A stretch of DNA of 64,000 nucleotides. Source: a virus. A program made the translations under genes and the position numbers. Below are positions 28,933 to 38,521 of this stretch, in pieces. Numbering within the stretch: the stretch's first letter is position 1; the number at the start of each line of letters is the position of its first letter. The DNA lies in the IMG/VR virus record IMGVR_UViG_3300017784_007549, positions 1 through 64,000 of that record, one strand, 5' to 3'. Under the pieces are notes generated by a model that saw nothing but the letters and a program-made list of their open reading frames with translations, had not been told where the DNA came from and made no database searches.

Positions 28933-29511
28933 ATGGCACATATACTAAAACCATTCAGAGATTACAGCGAGCACGAAGTGCTTAACCTTTTTGCATTCAG
29001 CGGAACCGCTGAAAGCGCTGCCGTTATGGCAACAAGAGGAGCAGCTGTTAAAATATCTGCTGAAGGATTCACAACTGGACCATCAAATTCCAGTGCAAAT
29101 CAACCAACCGACTTTTTAGGCGATGTTGGTGCTGCATTCCCACTATCTAATTCACAAAGATTCGGCGTAAGACCAAAAGTAACTCTAGCTACTTCTGGTG
29201 ACGTTCTTGGGCTAACCCTCATGGATGTTCGCGAACTTGACGAAAATGGTGAGAAACTAATTTTTAACCCCCGTAAAGCTGCTGAAATGAACGTAGTTGT
29301 TTCTGGACAAGCCGTACCAGTTCTAACTCGTGGCGTAGTACTTTATAGTGGTTCTGCAATCACAAATGCAACAGCCGGTCAATTTGCAGTAGTCAGTGGA
29401 ACAGCTGGTGATCTAGCTAACACATCTACTCTAAGAACTAACGAAGTTGCAGTTGGCAAATTCCTTGGTAACGCAGTATCTAATACCGCATTGCTAAAGA
29501 TCATGCTCTAA
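28933..29511 (+). CDS. Capsid decoration/cement protein (putative)
   Basis: Between scaffold and MCP; beta-rich; GQAVPVLTRG; GGAG SD. Confidence 0.6.
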   Translation: MAHILKPFRDYSEHEVLNLFAFSGTAESAAVMATRGAAVKISAEGFTTGPSNSSANQPTDFLGDVGAAFPLSNSQRFGVRPKVTLATSGDVLGLTLMDVRELDENGEKLIFNPRKAAEMNVVVSGQAVPVLTRGVVLYSGSAITNATAGQFAVVSGTAGDLANTSTLRTNEVAVGKFLGNAVSNTALLKIML

Positions 29512-29534
29512 TTTAGTAAAGGAAAAAACTTAAC

Positions 29535-30602
29535 ATGAAATTAAAACTTAAAAACACAGCAGAGCAAATCGAACTTGTAAAAGCTATGGGTAGCCGCGAT
29601 AACGCAGTTGCCGCAGAAGCCAACCAAGCTTTCGCAGCTTTTCTAGGACCAGTCGTAGCCAAGGTTCTAATGCAAGCCGCAACAGCATCTGCAATCTATA
29701 CTGATCTTCCTTACGACGAAGATGATCGTCCTTCTATCCCACTCGACTTATGGTTTGATGGTGGAGAAGGTTATACAACCACATGGAGTCAAAACGTAGC
29801 TGGTGGTCTTCCAACCTCAACAGTTGAAGGATTCTCAGAAATGAAAGTTGCAACCTATCGTTTAGATAGCGCTGTTAGTTTCCTAAAACGTTATGCTCGT
29901 CGTGGTCGTCTTGATGTAGTAAGCAAAGCTGTAGAGCGTATGTCCAATGAAGTTCTCGTAAAACAAGAACGTAATGCTTGGGCAGTAGTTCTTAAAACAC
30001 TTGCCGATAGTGCTAACGTACTAAATCCCGGTGCAGGCACCACATTTACATTAGACAATCTAAATCGTCTAATGACACAAGTTAAAAGAATCAATAGATC
30101 TTATGCTGGTGGCACAACCACTGATGCATACGGTCTAACAGATATTTTCGTTAGCCCCGAGGTTAAAGAAGATATCCGTGCTTTTGCTTATCAACCAGTT
30201 AGCGTCACAACTGGCGCTAACACATTGCCAACAGTACTAACGAATCTACCAGAAGGTGTTCGTGAAGACATTTATCGCAATGCTGGAACCCAAGAGATTT
30301 ATGGAGTTTCTATCCATGATCTTATCGAATTAGGAGCAACTCAAAAATATAACTCACTCTTTAAAGAGTTTTATGCTGGTACCTTCACTTCTAGCTCAGA
30401 CGAAATAATTGTAGGCTTGGATCTAACCAAGGATGCATTTGTTCGCCCAGTAGCTCGTCAAGCAGAATCCGGTGGTACATTCACCGCTCTTCCAGATGAT
30501 CAATTCGCATCTAGATCAGAAAAAATCGGATTCTACGGATTCCTAGAAGAAGGACGCGCTTGCGTTGATGCTCGTGCAGTTCATGGTTTAGTACTTCGCT
30601 AA
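29535..30602 (+). CDS. Major capsid protein
   Basis: 355 aa; position; high-expression-type codon usage; C-terminal IGFYGFLEEGRACVD; followed by a terminator. Confidence 0.8.
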   Translation: MKLKLKNTAEQIELVKAMGSRDNAVAAEANQAFAAFLGPVVAKVLMQAATASAIYTDLPYDEDDRPSIPLDLWFDGGEGYTTTWSQNVAGGLPTSTVEGFSEMKVATYRLDSAVSFLKRYARRGRLDVVSKAVERMSNEVLVKQERNAWAVVLKTLADSANVLNPGAGTTFTLDNLNRLMTQVKRINRSYAGGTTTDAYGLTDIFVSPEVKEDIRAFAYQPVSVTTGANTLPTVLTNLPEGVREDIYRNAGTQEIYGVSIHDLIELGATQKYNSLFKEFYAGTFTSSSDEIIVGLDLTKDAFVRPVARQAESGGTFTALPDDQFASRSEKIGFYGFLEEGRACVDARAVHGLVLR

Positions 30603-30624
30603 TAGACGATAATACTATCTAATT

Positions 30625-30666
30625 AGAAAGCCCACGGATTAATAGTCCGTGGGTTTTCTTTTTTTT
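30625..30666 (+). terminator. Rho-independent terminator
   Basis: agaaagcccacgga-loop-tccgtgggttttc followed by a T-tract. Confidence 0.9.
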
Positions 30667-30694
30667 AGACATCTTTATAGTTTTATTATATAAT
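30666..30694 (+). promoter_or_regulatory. sigma70-like promoter TAGACA-N17-TATAAT
   Basis: Directly after the terminator; AGGAG SD follows. Confidence 0.6.
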
Positions 30695-30719
30695 CTATTA
30701 AATAGGAGAATAACATATT

Positions 30720-31064
30720 ATGGCACGTAAAAAATCAGCATTAGATAATCTTAGCCAAACTCATGGTAAAGTAGAAAATCGTAAAGTTACATTGGATCAA
30801 ATTTGGGGAGATGATGGTAAAAGAAAGTATGGAACTCTTGATCCGGTTGAATATGATTCTTATCTCAAAGGATTAATTAAGAGCGACCTTCAAGCTCATG
30901 CAATTAAAATTGGATTAATTCCAGTTGATGATCGTCAAACTCTTGTAAAAAGATTAAAGCAAGAATTTCTTAAATACTCTGCTCAGTATCAAGTTATACC
31001 AGACTCAAAGCGTAACAAGCCAGTATCAAAAACTGCGCAAGATATTCTTTCAGAAGGAAGATAA
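30720..31064 (+). CDS. Basic hypothetical protein
   Basis: 114-aa ORF with SD. Confidence 0.75.
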   Translation: MARKKSALDNLSQTHGKVENRKVTLDQIWGDDGKRKYGTLDPVEYDSYLKGLIKSDLQAHAIKIGLIPVDDRQTLVKRLKQEFLKYSAQYQVIPDSKRNKPVSKTAQDILSEGR

Positions 31065-31112
31065 AATTTAAAAATTAATTCGCTATAAAAGTGTAGCCGT
31101 GTAATATTTTAT

Positions 31113-31457
31113 ATGGCTACATATTATAACATTAGTGGAATTCAAGGCGACTACATACAATTAACTCTTAATATTAAAAATGCTGCTGGTTCAGCAATTA
31201 ATTTAAGTGGTTATGAAGTTCGCGGTCAAGTAAAAGCAAGTTATGGTTCTGATGTAATTATTTTAGATTTACAACCAGCTGTAACAAGTAATATTTCTGG
31301 CACAATAAATATCAATATTCCTTCAACAGGAAGTGCCGCTACTCCAGTTAATGAATATGTTTATGATATAGAAAGATATCCTTCGGGAAATATATCAGGA
31401 AACAGCATTAAGCTATTAATGGGAAAATTTTCAATCCTACCAGAAGTAACGAGATAA
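31113..31457 (+). CDS. Small beta-sandwich virion protein; fibre adaptor-like
   Basis: QGD..L.L..K...G..INLSGY...GQVK..Y...YVYDIE pattern; GTGTAA at 31099. Confidence 0.65.
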   Translation: MATYYNISGIQGDYIQLTLNIKNAAGSAINLSGYEVRGQVKASYGSDVIILDLQPAVTSNISGTININIPSTGSAATPVNEYVYDIERYPSGNISGNSIKLLMGKFSILPEVTR

Positions 31458-31461
31458 TTCT

Positions 31462-34371
31462 ATGGCAGACATAATCGTTGATGTAAGTTTGCCTAATCCA
31501 ATTACTACAGATGTAGTATCTCCAACGCAAGATTTAAATGCTAATATTTATGTTCCCGGTCCTCAAGGACCAGCTGGGCCACAAGGTGTAATAGGCCCAT
31601 CTGGAGCTAGAGGGGCACCAAATATAGTAAATTCACTTAGCGGAGAAAATATTACTATAACTGGCGCGGATGGTAATATAGTTTACACTACTGGACTTAA
31701 TACAATTTTTATATCTGGTAATAGTGGATATTTTCAATCAGCAGTAAACTCATTAACAACTAATTTAAATTTAACTGGCGCTAATTTAAATACTTCAATA
31801 CTTTCTTTAAGTGGATTATTTACTGGATATACTGGTAACTTAGATAATAATTACGCTACAGATGCTCAATTACAAAGCACAGGAAGTAATCTTTATACTT
31901 TATTAACTAATTTTAGTGGAGATTTAGATGCAACTTACGCAACAGATTTACAATTATTTAATACTGGTAATACATTAGATCAAAAAATAAATTCACTTAG
32001 CGGCTATTCAGCTTCTTATATAAATCTTGGTAGTACAGGTTCAACTTTAGATATCAAAATTAATAATTTAAGTGGTAACTTAACTGCTAATTATGCTACG
32101 ATTATTAATTTAGCTTCGACTGGAAATACTTTAGATACCAAGATAAATTCTTTAAGTGGTTCGAGCGCATCTGCAATTAACCTAGCAAATACTGGATCAA
32201 CTCTTGATAGTAAAATTAATTCACTAAGTGGTTCAAGCGCATCCATATCAAATCTTTTTACAACTGGTTCAACATTAGATTCTAAAATAAATGCTTTAAG
32301 CGGATATTCAGCATCCGCTGTTAATCTTGCAAGCACAGGTTCAAATCTATATACATTAATAACAAATTTCTCTGGAAATCTTGACACAGATTTTGCATCT
32401 CAAGCAGAACTTAATTCTTTAAGTGGTTACGTTAATTCACAAGACACATCAATTTCAAATAATTTAACTTCAACAGGTTCAACTCTTGATAGTAAAATAA
32501 ATAGTCTTAGCGGTTATTCTGCTTCAGCAGTTAATTTAACTTCTACTGGAATTACATTAATTAATAATTTATTTAATACAGGTTCTAATTTAAATACAAA
32601 GATTGATAATTTGAGTGGTTATGTTAATACTCAAGATGCATCTATATCTAATAATTTAAATACTACAGGAAGTACATTAGATTTAAAAATCAATTCACTC
32701 AGTGGTTGGTCTGCATCAGCCGCTAATCTCGCTTCTACTGGATCTAATTTAACTAATAGTATTATTTCTTTAAGTGGTTTGTTCACAGGATTTACTGGAG
32801 CTTTAGATGCTATATTTGCAACTGATCTTCAATTATATAACACTGGTAGCACTTTAGATAACAAGATAAATTCACTTAGCGGCAGTTCAGTTTTACTTTA
32901 TGGAGATCAAAGCATTGGTGGAGTTAAAACTTTTAGAGATAATGTTTATATTAATAATCTTTTTGTTACTGGAACAGAAACGATTGTTAGTACTAATAAT
33001 TTTAATGTTCAGAGTCCTTATATTCTATTGAATCTTACTGGTGGAGCAGTTGATGGTGGAATTTTCTTTGTTACTGGAGCAGGATTAACTGGAATAAACA
33101 ATAGTGGTCCAATTATTGGTTTTGATCATAGTAATAAATTTAAATTTGGAGTTAGTACCAGAAATAGTGACCTTTCAACTTTACCTGATATAGCATCAGT
33201 TCAAGATATTACTACTTATAGCGGTTTTGTTGATGGCACGTACTCAACCATAATAAATCTTGCTTCAACTGGAAGCACACTATCTACAAATCTAGCTAGT
33301 ACAGGTTCAACTCTCCAAACAAATATAAATAACTTAAGTAATACCTATGCTACCATCACAAATCTCGCTTCTACTGGAAGCACGTTAGTTACTAATCTTG
33401 CAAGTACTGGATCTACTCTTGATACAAAAATAAATACCTTAAGTGGATATGTTACTGGAACGAACTCAACATTTACCACGAATCTAGCTTCTACTGGTTC
33501 TACTTTAAATACAAGAATCAACAATCTCAGTGGCTATATAAATTCTTCAGCGAGTAATATTGTTTTTACAACTGGCAATCAAACTATCTCTGGAGTCAAA
33601 AGTTTTGCTCAAGATACAGTATTTGGCGACTCGGCACAAGGCGACTTTTTAGTTATTTCTGGTAATCAATTTACAATTTATGGAAGCGGTAATTTTACTA
33701 GTGGGCTTTTTGTTAATGGAAGTCCAGTACTTACTGGATCTTCAACTTTGTATGCAACAACAGTTAACCTTGCAAGCACAGGTTCGACTCTTGATACAAA
33801 AATTAATAATTTAAGTGGAGTTTCAGTTTTAAGATTTGGTGATCAAACAATATCTGGAATTAAAACTTTCATAGGAAACCATAATATTAGTGGCAATTTA
33901 AATGTAACAGGAAATTCAAGTATAAGAGGCTCTCTTGATGTTACGGGGTTAGTTGTTTCTGGATTAGGCACGCCTTTTATTTTAAAGTCTCCTAATAATC
34001 AAAATTCAGTATTTTTTGAACCTACTCAAAATGGAAATGCTGGAGCTTTATTTTCTAATTATGTTTATTCTTCTAATATAGGTAGTCGAGGAGATGATAA
34101 TTTTGATTTTTATTATGGTGGAGGAGGAACAAGAAGTGTTAGATTTATAGGTGGTGGAGCAACAAATAGAGTTTTATTAGATTCAAATGGCAACTTTGGT
34201 ATTGGCAGTGGTATATCTTCTGTGCCGAGTAGATTTTATGTTAGTGGAGATAGCATATTACAAGGAAATTTAACAGTTAGCGGGAATGTTAATATTAGTG
34301 GTAATTATGATATTTACTCCCAAATAGAGAACTCAAAAAAATTAGCAATAGCATATGCTATAGCCCTATAA
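31462..34371 (+). CDS. Fibre protein with a short collagen segment and NLASTGSTLDxKINxLSG repeats
   Basis: GPQGPAGPQG; about 20 helical repeats; C-terminal LAIAYAIAL. Confidence 0.8.
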   Translation: MADIIVDVSLPNPITTDVVSPTQDLNANIYVPGPQGPAGPQGVIGPSGARGAPNIVNSLSGENITITGADGNIVYTTGLNTIFISGNSGYFQSAVNSLTTNLNLTGANLNTSILSLSGLFTGYTGNLDNNYATDAQLQSTGSNLYTLLTNFSGDLDATYATDLQLFNTGNTLDQKINSLSGYSASYINLGSTGSTLDIKINNLSGNLTANYATIINLASTGNTLDTKINSLSGSSASAINLANTGSTLDSKINSLSGSSASISNLFTTGSTLDSKINALSGYSASAVNLASTGSNLYTLITNFSGNLDTDFASQAELNSLSGYVNSQDTSISNNLTSTGSTLDSKINSLSGYSASAVNLTSTGITLINNLFNTGSNLNTKIDNLSGYVNTQDASISNNLNTTGSTLDLKINSLSGWSASAANLASTGSNLTNSIISLSGLFTGFTGALDAIFATDLQLYNTGSTLDNKINSLSGSSVLLYGDQSIGGVKTFRDNVYINNLFVTGTETIVSTNNFNVQSPYILLNLTGGAVDGGIFFVTGAGLTGINNSGPIIGFDHSNKFKFGVSTRNSDLSTLPDIASVQDITTYSGFVDGTYSTIINLASTGSTLSTNLASTGSTLQTNINNLSNTYATITNLASTGSTLVTNLASTGSTLDTKINTLSGYVTGTNSTFTTNLASTGSTLNTRINNLSGYINSSASNIVFTTGNQTISGVKSFAQDTVFGDSAQGDFLVISGNQFTIYGSGNFTSGLFVNGSPVLTGSSTLYATTVNLASTGSTLDTKINNLSGVSVLRFGDQTISGIKTFIGNHNISGNLNVTGNSSIRGSLDVTGLVVSGLGTPFILKSPNNQNSVFFEPTQNGNAGALFSNYVYSSNIGSRGDDNFDFYYGGGGTRSVRFIGGGATNRVLLDSNGNFGIGSGISSVPSRFYVSGDSILQGNLTVSGNVNISGNYDIYSQIENSKKLAIAYAIAL

Positions 34372-34400
34372 TATAAAAGGTGTAATCTATTTAAATATAT

Positions 34401-35264
34401 ATGAAAAAACTAATACCATCAGGATATCAATTTTTAGCAAGTAGCAGAATCGTTAATTTTCCACCATCTCTTTATGGACCTCAAAATCCAGTAGCCCTTG
34501 AAAACCTATTATTGATTACCAATGTAAGCAAAGGACAAATAATATACAATTTTGCAGATTCAACAACTACTGGAGCAGTTAATTCAACTAGCGGATTTTT
34601 ATTGGGTTTTAATACAACCTCAATGGCTAATACTGATAGGTTACAAATATTTTATGATGTGCCAAGTGAAGAGTATGATTTTGCTAGTGGATATTTGACT
34701 GGATATATAACTGGATCTGGAACTAGCACAGGATTATTTTCACCACCAGTTCCAGCTGAATTTTTAGGAGTTGGAGGACGAGCAGTTGATGTAGCTTCTG
34801 GATTTTTCCCTCAATATGGCAGAGGTGCAAATGCAATATTAAATATTGATTCTCAAGGTGGTGGAGCACTAACTCTTCAAGCAGATCTTGATAAAGATAT
34901 TGATAGTGTCACAGCATTTCCTGCGGTTGGTGGTTACGCTAGTAATTATTCTATTCAAACTGGTGTTGGATCAATACTCAGCGGCAATAATAGTAGACTT
35001 GGTTGGGGTATTACTAATTATGGCACAGGAAATATTTATCTTAAATTTGGCGCAGGAGCAACAGTAACAACTGGCGTTAGTTTTGGGGTAACTGGTGCTA
35101 TTATAACTGGCAGTAGTTTTAATTTAATATTAAAAGGTGGAAATACTGAATTTGATAATAATGGCGGAAGCTTTATTGATTTTACCCCAAAGTATAATGG
35201 CCCAGTTAGCGTTGCTCAATATCCTAATGTTAATATTAAATATATTTCTTGGGAACTAGTTTAA
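34401..35264 (+). CDS. Virion structural protein
   Basis: LLLITNV...IIYNFAD N-terminal domain; GTGTAA at 34380. Confidence 0.65.
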   Translation: MKKLIPSGYQFLASSRIVNFPPSLYGPQNPVALENLLLITNVSKGQIIYNFADSTTTGAVNSTSGFLLGFNTTSMANTDRLQIFYDVPSEEYDFASGYLTGYITGSGTSTGLFSPPVPAEFLGVGGRAVDVASGFFPQYGRGANAILNIDSQGGGALTLQADLDKDIDSVTAFPAVGGYASNYSIQTGVGSILSGNNSRLGWGITNYGTGNIYLKFGAGATVTTGVSFGVTGAIITGSSFNLILKGGNTEFDNNGGSFIDFTPKYNGPVSVAQYPNVNIKYISWELV

Positions 35265-36088
35265 TGTATAAAAGATACTATGATATTGATGTTGATGCAA
35301 AAGCTTACGCAAACAGAATCGTAAAAGCTGGCGGAAGAATTCCGCCTGATATAGGTAGTGTTAGTGATTTCATTAGAAAGTTAAAACAAAACAATTTGTG
35401 GAATTCCCTTTCTGAAGCTTGGTTTTTTAGAAGCGTTCATAATATTGGATCTGGAACTATTGTATATCCTTTAAAAGATATTAATAATATTGGTACAATA
35501 GTGAATGGTCCAACTTGGAGTCAAGCTGGAATAATATTTGACGGATTAGATGATTATATCATTTGCAATTCTAATCAAAATTGGAAAAAATTAGTTGCTC
35601 AAAAAAATATAAGTGTTTTTGCTATAGGGACTTGTCCAACTAGTGGAGGTCGTGGAAATTTTATTACAGCATCTATCGCTTCTCCATTATATAGATTTAT
35701 TTGGTTAAATCCAAGAACAAGTTTTGGTGGGGAGTTTTGGTACGGATCTGGAACAGATGGATCTTATTCAATTGGCAGCGATAATACAAACACAGGTTTT
35801 AATATGTGGAATAGCACTGGTGGAGTAGGAAAAAGAACGATTGGCTATAGAAATGCTACGTCAATAGCTAGTAACGGAGCAGCATCAGCAGGAGATACAA
35901 GTCAAGGATACGAACAAATGCCTGATAATACTGTATCAAGTAATTTAACGTTTGGAAGAAGTGCGGGAGGCCTCCAAGGCACTTTTTCTCATTGTTTTAT
36001 TTTTAATGATTATCTTTCAGCAACAGATGTAACCACAGTTTACAATATAGCTAAAAGCACAATATCAAGAGGTTTAAATTTACCATGA
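35264..36088 (+). CDS. LamG/ConA-like lectin paralog 1; start revised to ATG 35264
   Basis: GTIVNGPTW..GIIFDGLDDYI; IFN..LS..DV..VYN; TAATG overlap. Confidence 0.7.
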   Translation: MYKRYYDIDVDAKAYANRIVKAGGRIPPDIGSVSDFIRKLKQNNLWNSLSEAWFFRSVHNIGSGTIVYPLKDINNIGTIVNGPTWSQAGIIFDGLDDYIICNSNQNWKKLVAQKNISVFAIGTCPTSGGRGNFITASIASPLYRFIWLNPRTSFGGEFWYGSGTDGSYSIGSDNTNTGFNMWNSTGGVGKRTIGYRNATSIASNGAASAGDTSQGYEQMPDNTVSSNLTFGRSAGGLQGTFSHCFIFNDYLSATDVTTVYNIAKSTISRGLNLP

Positions 36089-36885
36089 GATTTTACGATC
36101 TTGATATTGATGTTAAAAATTATGCAAAGCGCATAGTTGACGCTGGATATAAATGTCCAGCTGATATTAATAGTGTTGGTGATTTTGTAAAAGGATTAAA
36201 GATTTTAAATTTATGGGAAGAAATTATATTTTGGCCATTTAGATCATCTCAAAATGCTGGAAGTGGCACAAAGGCTTATAATTTAGGAACAATGGGAATA
36301 TATGATGGCACTTTAACCAATGGTCCAATTTGGCAAGCAAATGGAATATTTTTAGCAGATGCTACAACTCAACATATTGCTACCAATTATATTCCAGCAA
36401 TAAATGAAGATGCAAATATATTTTCTGTTGTAGAATGTAATGGTGGTGGCGCACAATTTAATGTTATCTGTTCAACAAGAAATGCAGGTCCGAATGGAGG
36501 TTTTACTTTTGCTCAAAGATGGAACTTAGGAGATAATTTTGTTGGTGTTTCATGGGTTTCAAGTGGAACATGGACAGAAAATACTCAAACAGGTTTTTCT
36601 AATGGGTCTTTTCATTCTGCAAATCTAAGATTGACTTACAATACATCACCAAAAACAAAATCAATTAGCGTCGATGGAAACTCTGAAGCTTCTCCAATAA
36701 GTGATTCTTCTTCAACTTCATTGATAGGTGCTCCATTGGTGATTGGAGGCGAAACAATATCTAGTTCAAGGGCTTTATCGGGACAAATTGCATTTTTAGC
36801 ATACTTTAGAAGAAGGAACATTAATACAAATATTCTTCATAATCTCTATAAATCCACTCTTGGTAAAGGGCTTGGTTTACCATGA
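36085..36885 (+). CDS. LamG/ConA-like lectin paralog 2
   Basis: Shared N-terminus and LYKSTLGKGLGLP end. Confidence 0.7.
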   Translation: MRFYDLDIDVKNYAKRIVDAGYKCPADINSVGDFVKGLKILNLWEEIIFWPFRSSQNAGSGTKAYNLGTMGIYDGTLTNGPIWQANGIFLADATTQHIATNYIPAINEDANIFSVVECNGGGAQFNVICSTRNAGPNGGFTFAQRWNLGDNFVGVSWVSSGTWTENTQTGFSNGSFHSANLRLTYNTSPKTKSISVDGNSEASPISDSSSTSLIGAPLVIGGETISSSRALSGQIAFLAYFRRRNINTNILHNLYKSTLGKGLGLP

Positions 36886-37682
36886 AATATTATAAACTAG
36901 ACAGAGACACAAAAGCCTATCTTAAAAGAATGGCCGTTGATGGAATTAAAACTCCAGCTGATATTTATTCTGTTAATGATTTTATTGTTGGATTAAAGGA
37001 TTTAAATTTACAAGACTTTACTGAAGCTTATTTTTACTCTAATTTACATAATGCTGGATCTGGAACAGTTTATAGTTTTAGAAATAATTTAAACAATGGA
37101 ACTATTGCTGGCACTCACAACAGAAGAACAGACGGAATAGAACTAACCAATGGATCAAGTAGCGTTATAAACACAAACTTTTTAATGCCTTTTGCGCCAT
37201 GTACTTTTATATGTATATTTAGATCTCCTGCGCAAGTTAATGTAATAGCTCCTACGGTTTTTTATACAGCAGGGGCTAGTACTAATGGAAATCAATTTGC
37301 TATATTGAGCACTAGTTTATCAGATAGTAGATTGAGTTATGTCGCCTACGGAAAAAATTGGACAGGTACTATTTCCGCTAATCAAACAGCAGCTAATGCT
37401 AAAAATTTAAGATTTAATTTTGCATCTTTTGTGATGCCAGATAAAAGAGGTCCGTTAAGATATGCTTTTAATAATGCTTTTCTTACAGGAAGTTCATATG
37501 CTACAGTAGATGATGGTTTTAATACAACTAGAGCGTTTTATAGAATAAAAGGTAATGAGTCGCCAAGTAGTCCAATTCTTCATTCTGCTCTTTTTTTTGA
37601 TAGAAACCTTTCTGATGCAGAAGTTACAAGTATTTATAATTTAATTAAAGTTACTAGCGGAAAGATGTTAAACATACCATGA
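36882..37682 (+). CDS. LamG/ConA-like lectin paralog 3
   Basis: Shared N-terminus; FFDRNLSDAEVTSIYN. Confidence 0.7.
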   Translation: MKYYKLDRDTKAYLKRMAVDGIKTPADIYSVNDFIVGLKDLNLQDFTEAYFYSNLHNAGSGTVYSFRNNLNNGTIAGTHNRRTDGIELTNGSSSVINTNFLMPFAPCTFICIFRSPAQVNVIAPTVFYTAGASTNGNQFAILSTSLSDSRLSYVAYGKNWTGTISANQTAANAKNLRFNFASFVMPDKRGPLRYAFNNAFLTGSSYATVDDGFNTTRAFYRIKGNESPSSPILHSALFFDRNLSDAEVTSIYNLIKVTSGKMLNIP

Positions 37683-38521
37683 GATTTTATCAACTAGACA
37701 ACGATACAAAAAAATACATAAAGCGCCTTAATTATAACGGCATTAAAACTCCAACTGATATAACTTCGGTAGATCAATTTATTAGAGGATTAAAAGATCT
37801 TGGAATATATGGCAATATGATAGAAGCTTGGTTTTTTAGAAAAAATCATAACGCAGGAAGTGGTAATATTGTTTATGCTTTTAGAGATAGTTTTAATAAT
37901 GGTACAATCAATAATATTTCAACTGCAAGTTGGAATGACAGAGGATTAGTATGCACAGCAAACGCCACAACTTCTCTTTCTAATTATGTATCTTGTAATC
38001 TAAGATCCAATTTACTTGAAACATGTAGTCTATTTTCTATATTCATGAGCACTCCTGCTGGTATGGAAAATTTTACAAGTGGTTATCCTTATGTTAGTAG
38101 TCTAAGTGTTAATAGTTATCCTAATAATAGTATTTCAATTCTTGGAATAAGTAATAGTGGAACTAGTTGGGGTGTGGAATCAAAAAGCAGCTTCACAAGC
38201 AATATTTCAGGCAATACTCTTTTTAAAATAGTAAAAGGATCTTTTACCTCTTCTACAATATTAGCAGAAAGCAGAAATTCTTCTTCAACTCTTACGTCAG
38301 CTTCTACATCTAATACTAGCACTCCAAGAACAGTATCTTATGATCGTATTATATTTGGTGGTAGATGGAGTTCTGGATCTATTCAATCAAACAATGGATC
38401 TTTTGGAGTAAGTTTTCAAGGCACTCATATTTTTCATTGTTTTTTTAATATTAATGTTGATTTTACAAGTTTTGAAAGTTTATTTAAAAGTACAATTGGT
38501 AAAGGAATAGCTCTACCATGA
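37679..38521 (+). CDS. LamG/ConA-like lectin paralog 4
   Basis: Shared N-terminus; FKSTIGKGIALP end. Confidence 0.7.
   Translation: MRFYQLDNDTKKYIKRLNYNGIKTPTDITSVDQFIRGLKDLGIYGNMIEAWFFRKNHNAGSGNIVYAFRDSFNNGTINNISTASWNDRGLVCTANATTSLSNYVSCNLRSNLLETCSLFSIFMSTPAGMENFTSGYPYVSSLSVNSYPNNSISILGISNSGTSWGVESKSSFTSNISGNTLFKIVKGSFTSSTILAESRNSSSTLTSASTSNTSTPRTVSYDRIIFGGRWSSGSIQSNNGSFGVSFQGTHIFHCFFNINVDFTSFESLFKSTIGKGIALP

Noticed and set aside
14596-33827. Diversity-generating retroelement TR/VR pair
   Set aside because: The repeat is exact or differs mainly at synonymous sites rather than specifically at adenines, and there is no reverse transcriptase in the window.
11686-34371. N-x-S/T N-glycosylation as the explanation for NLTG/NLSG frequency
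   Set aside because: Many TG/SG sites lack Asn at -2 (KITG, YIFTG, RTG), so [ST]-G is the simpler common element. N-linkage at a subset of sites is not excluded.
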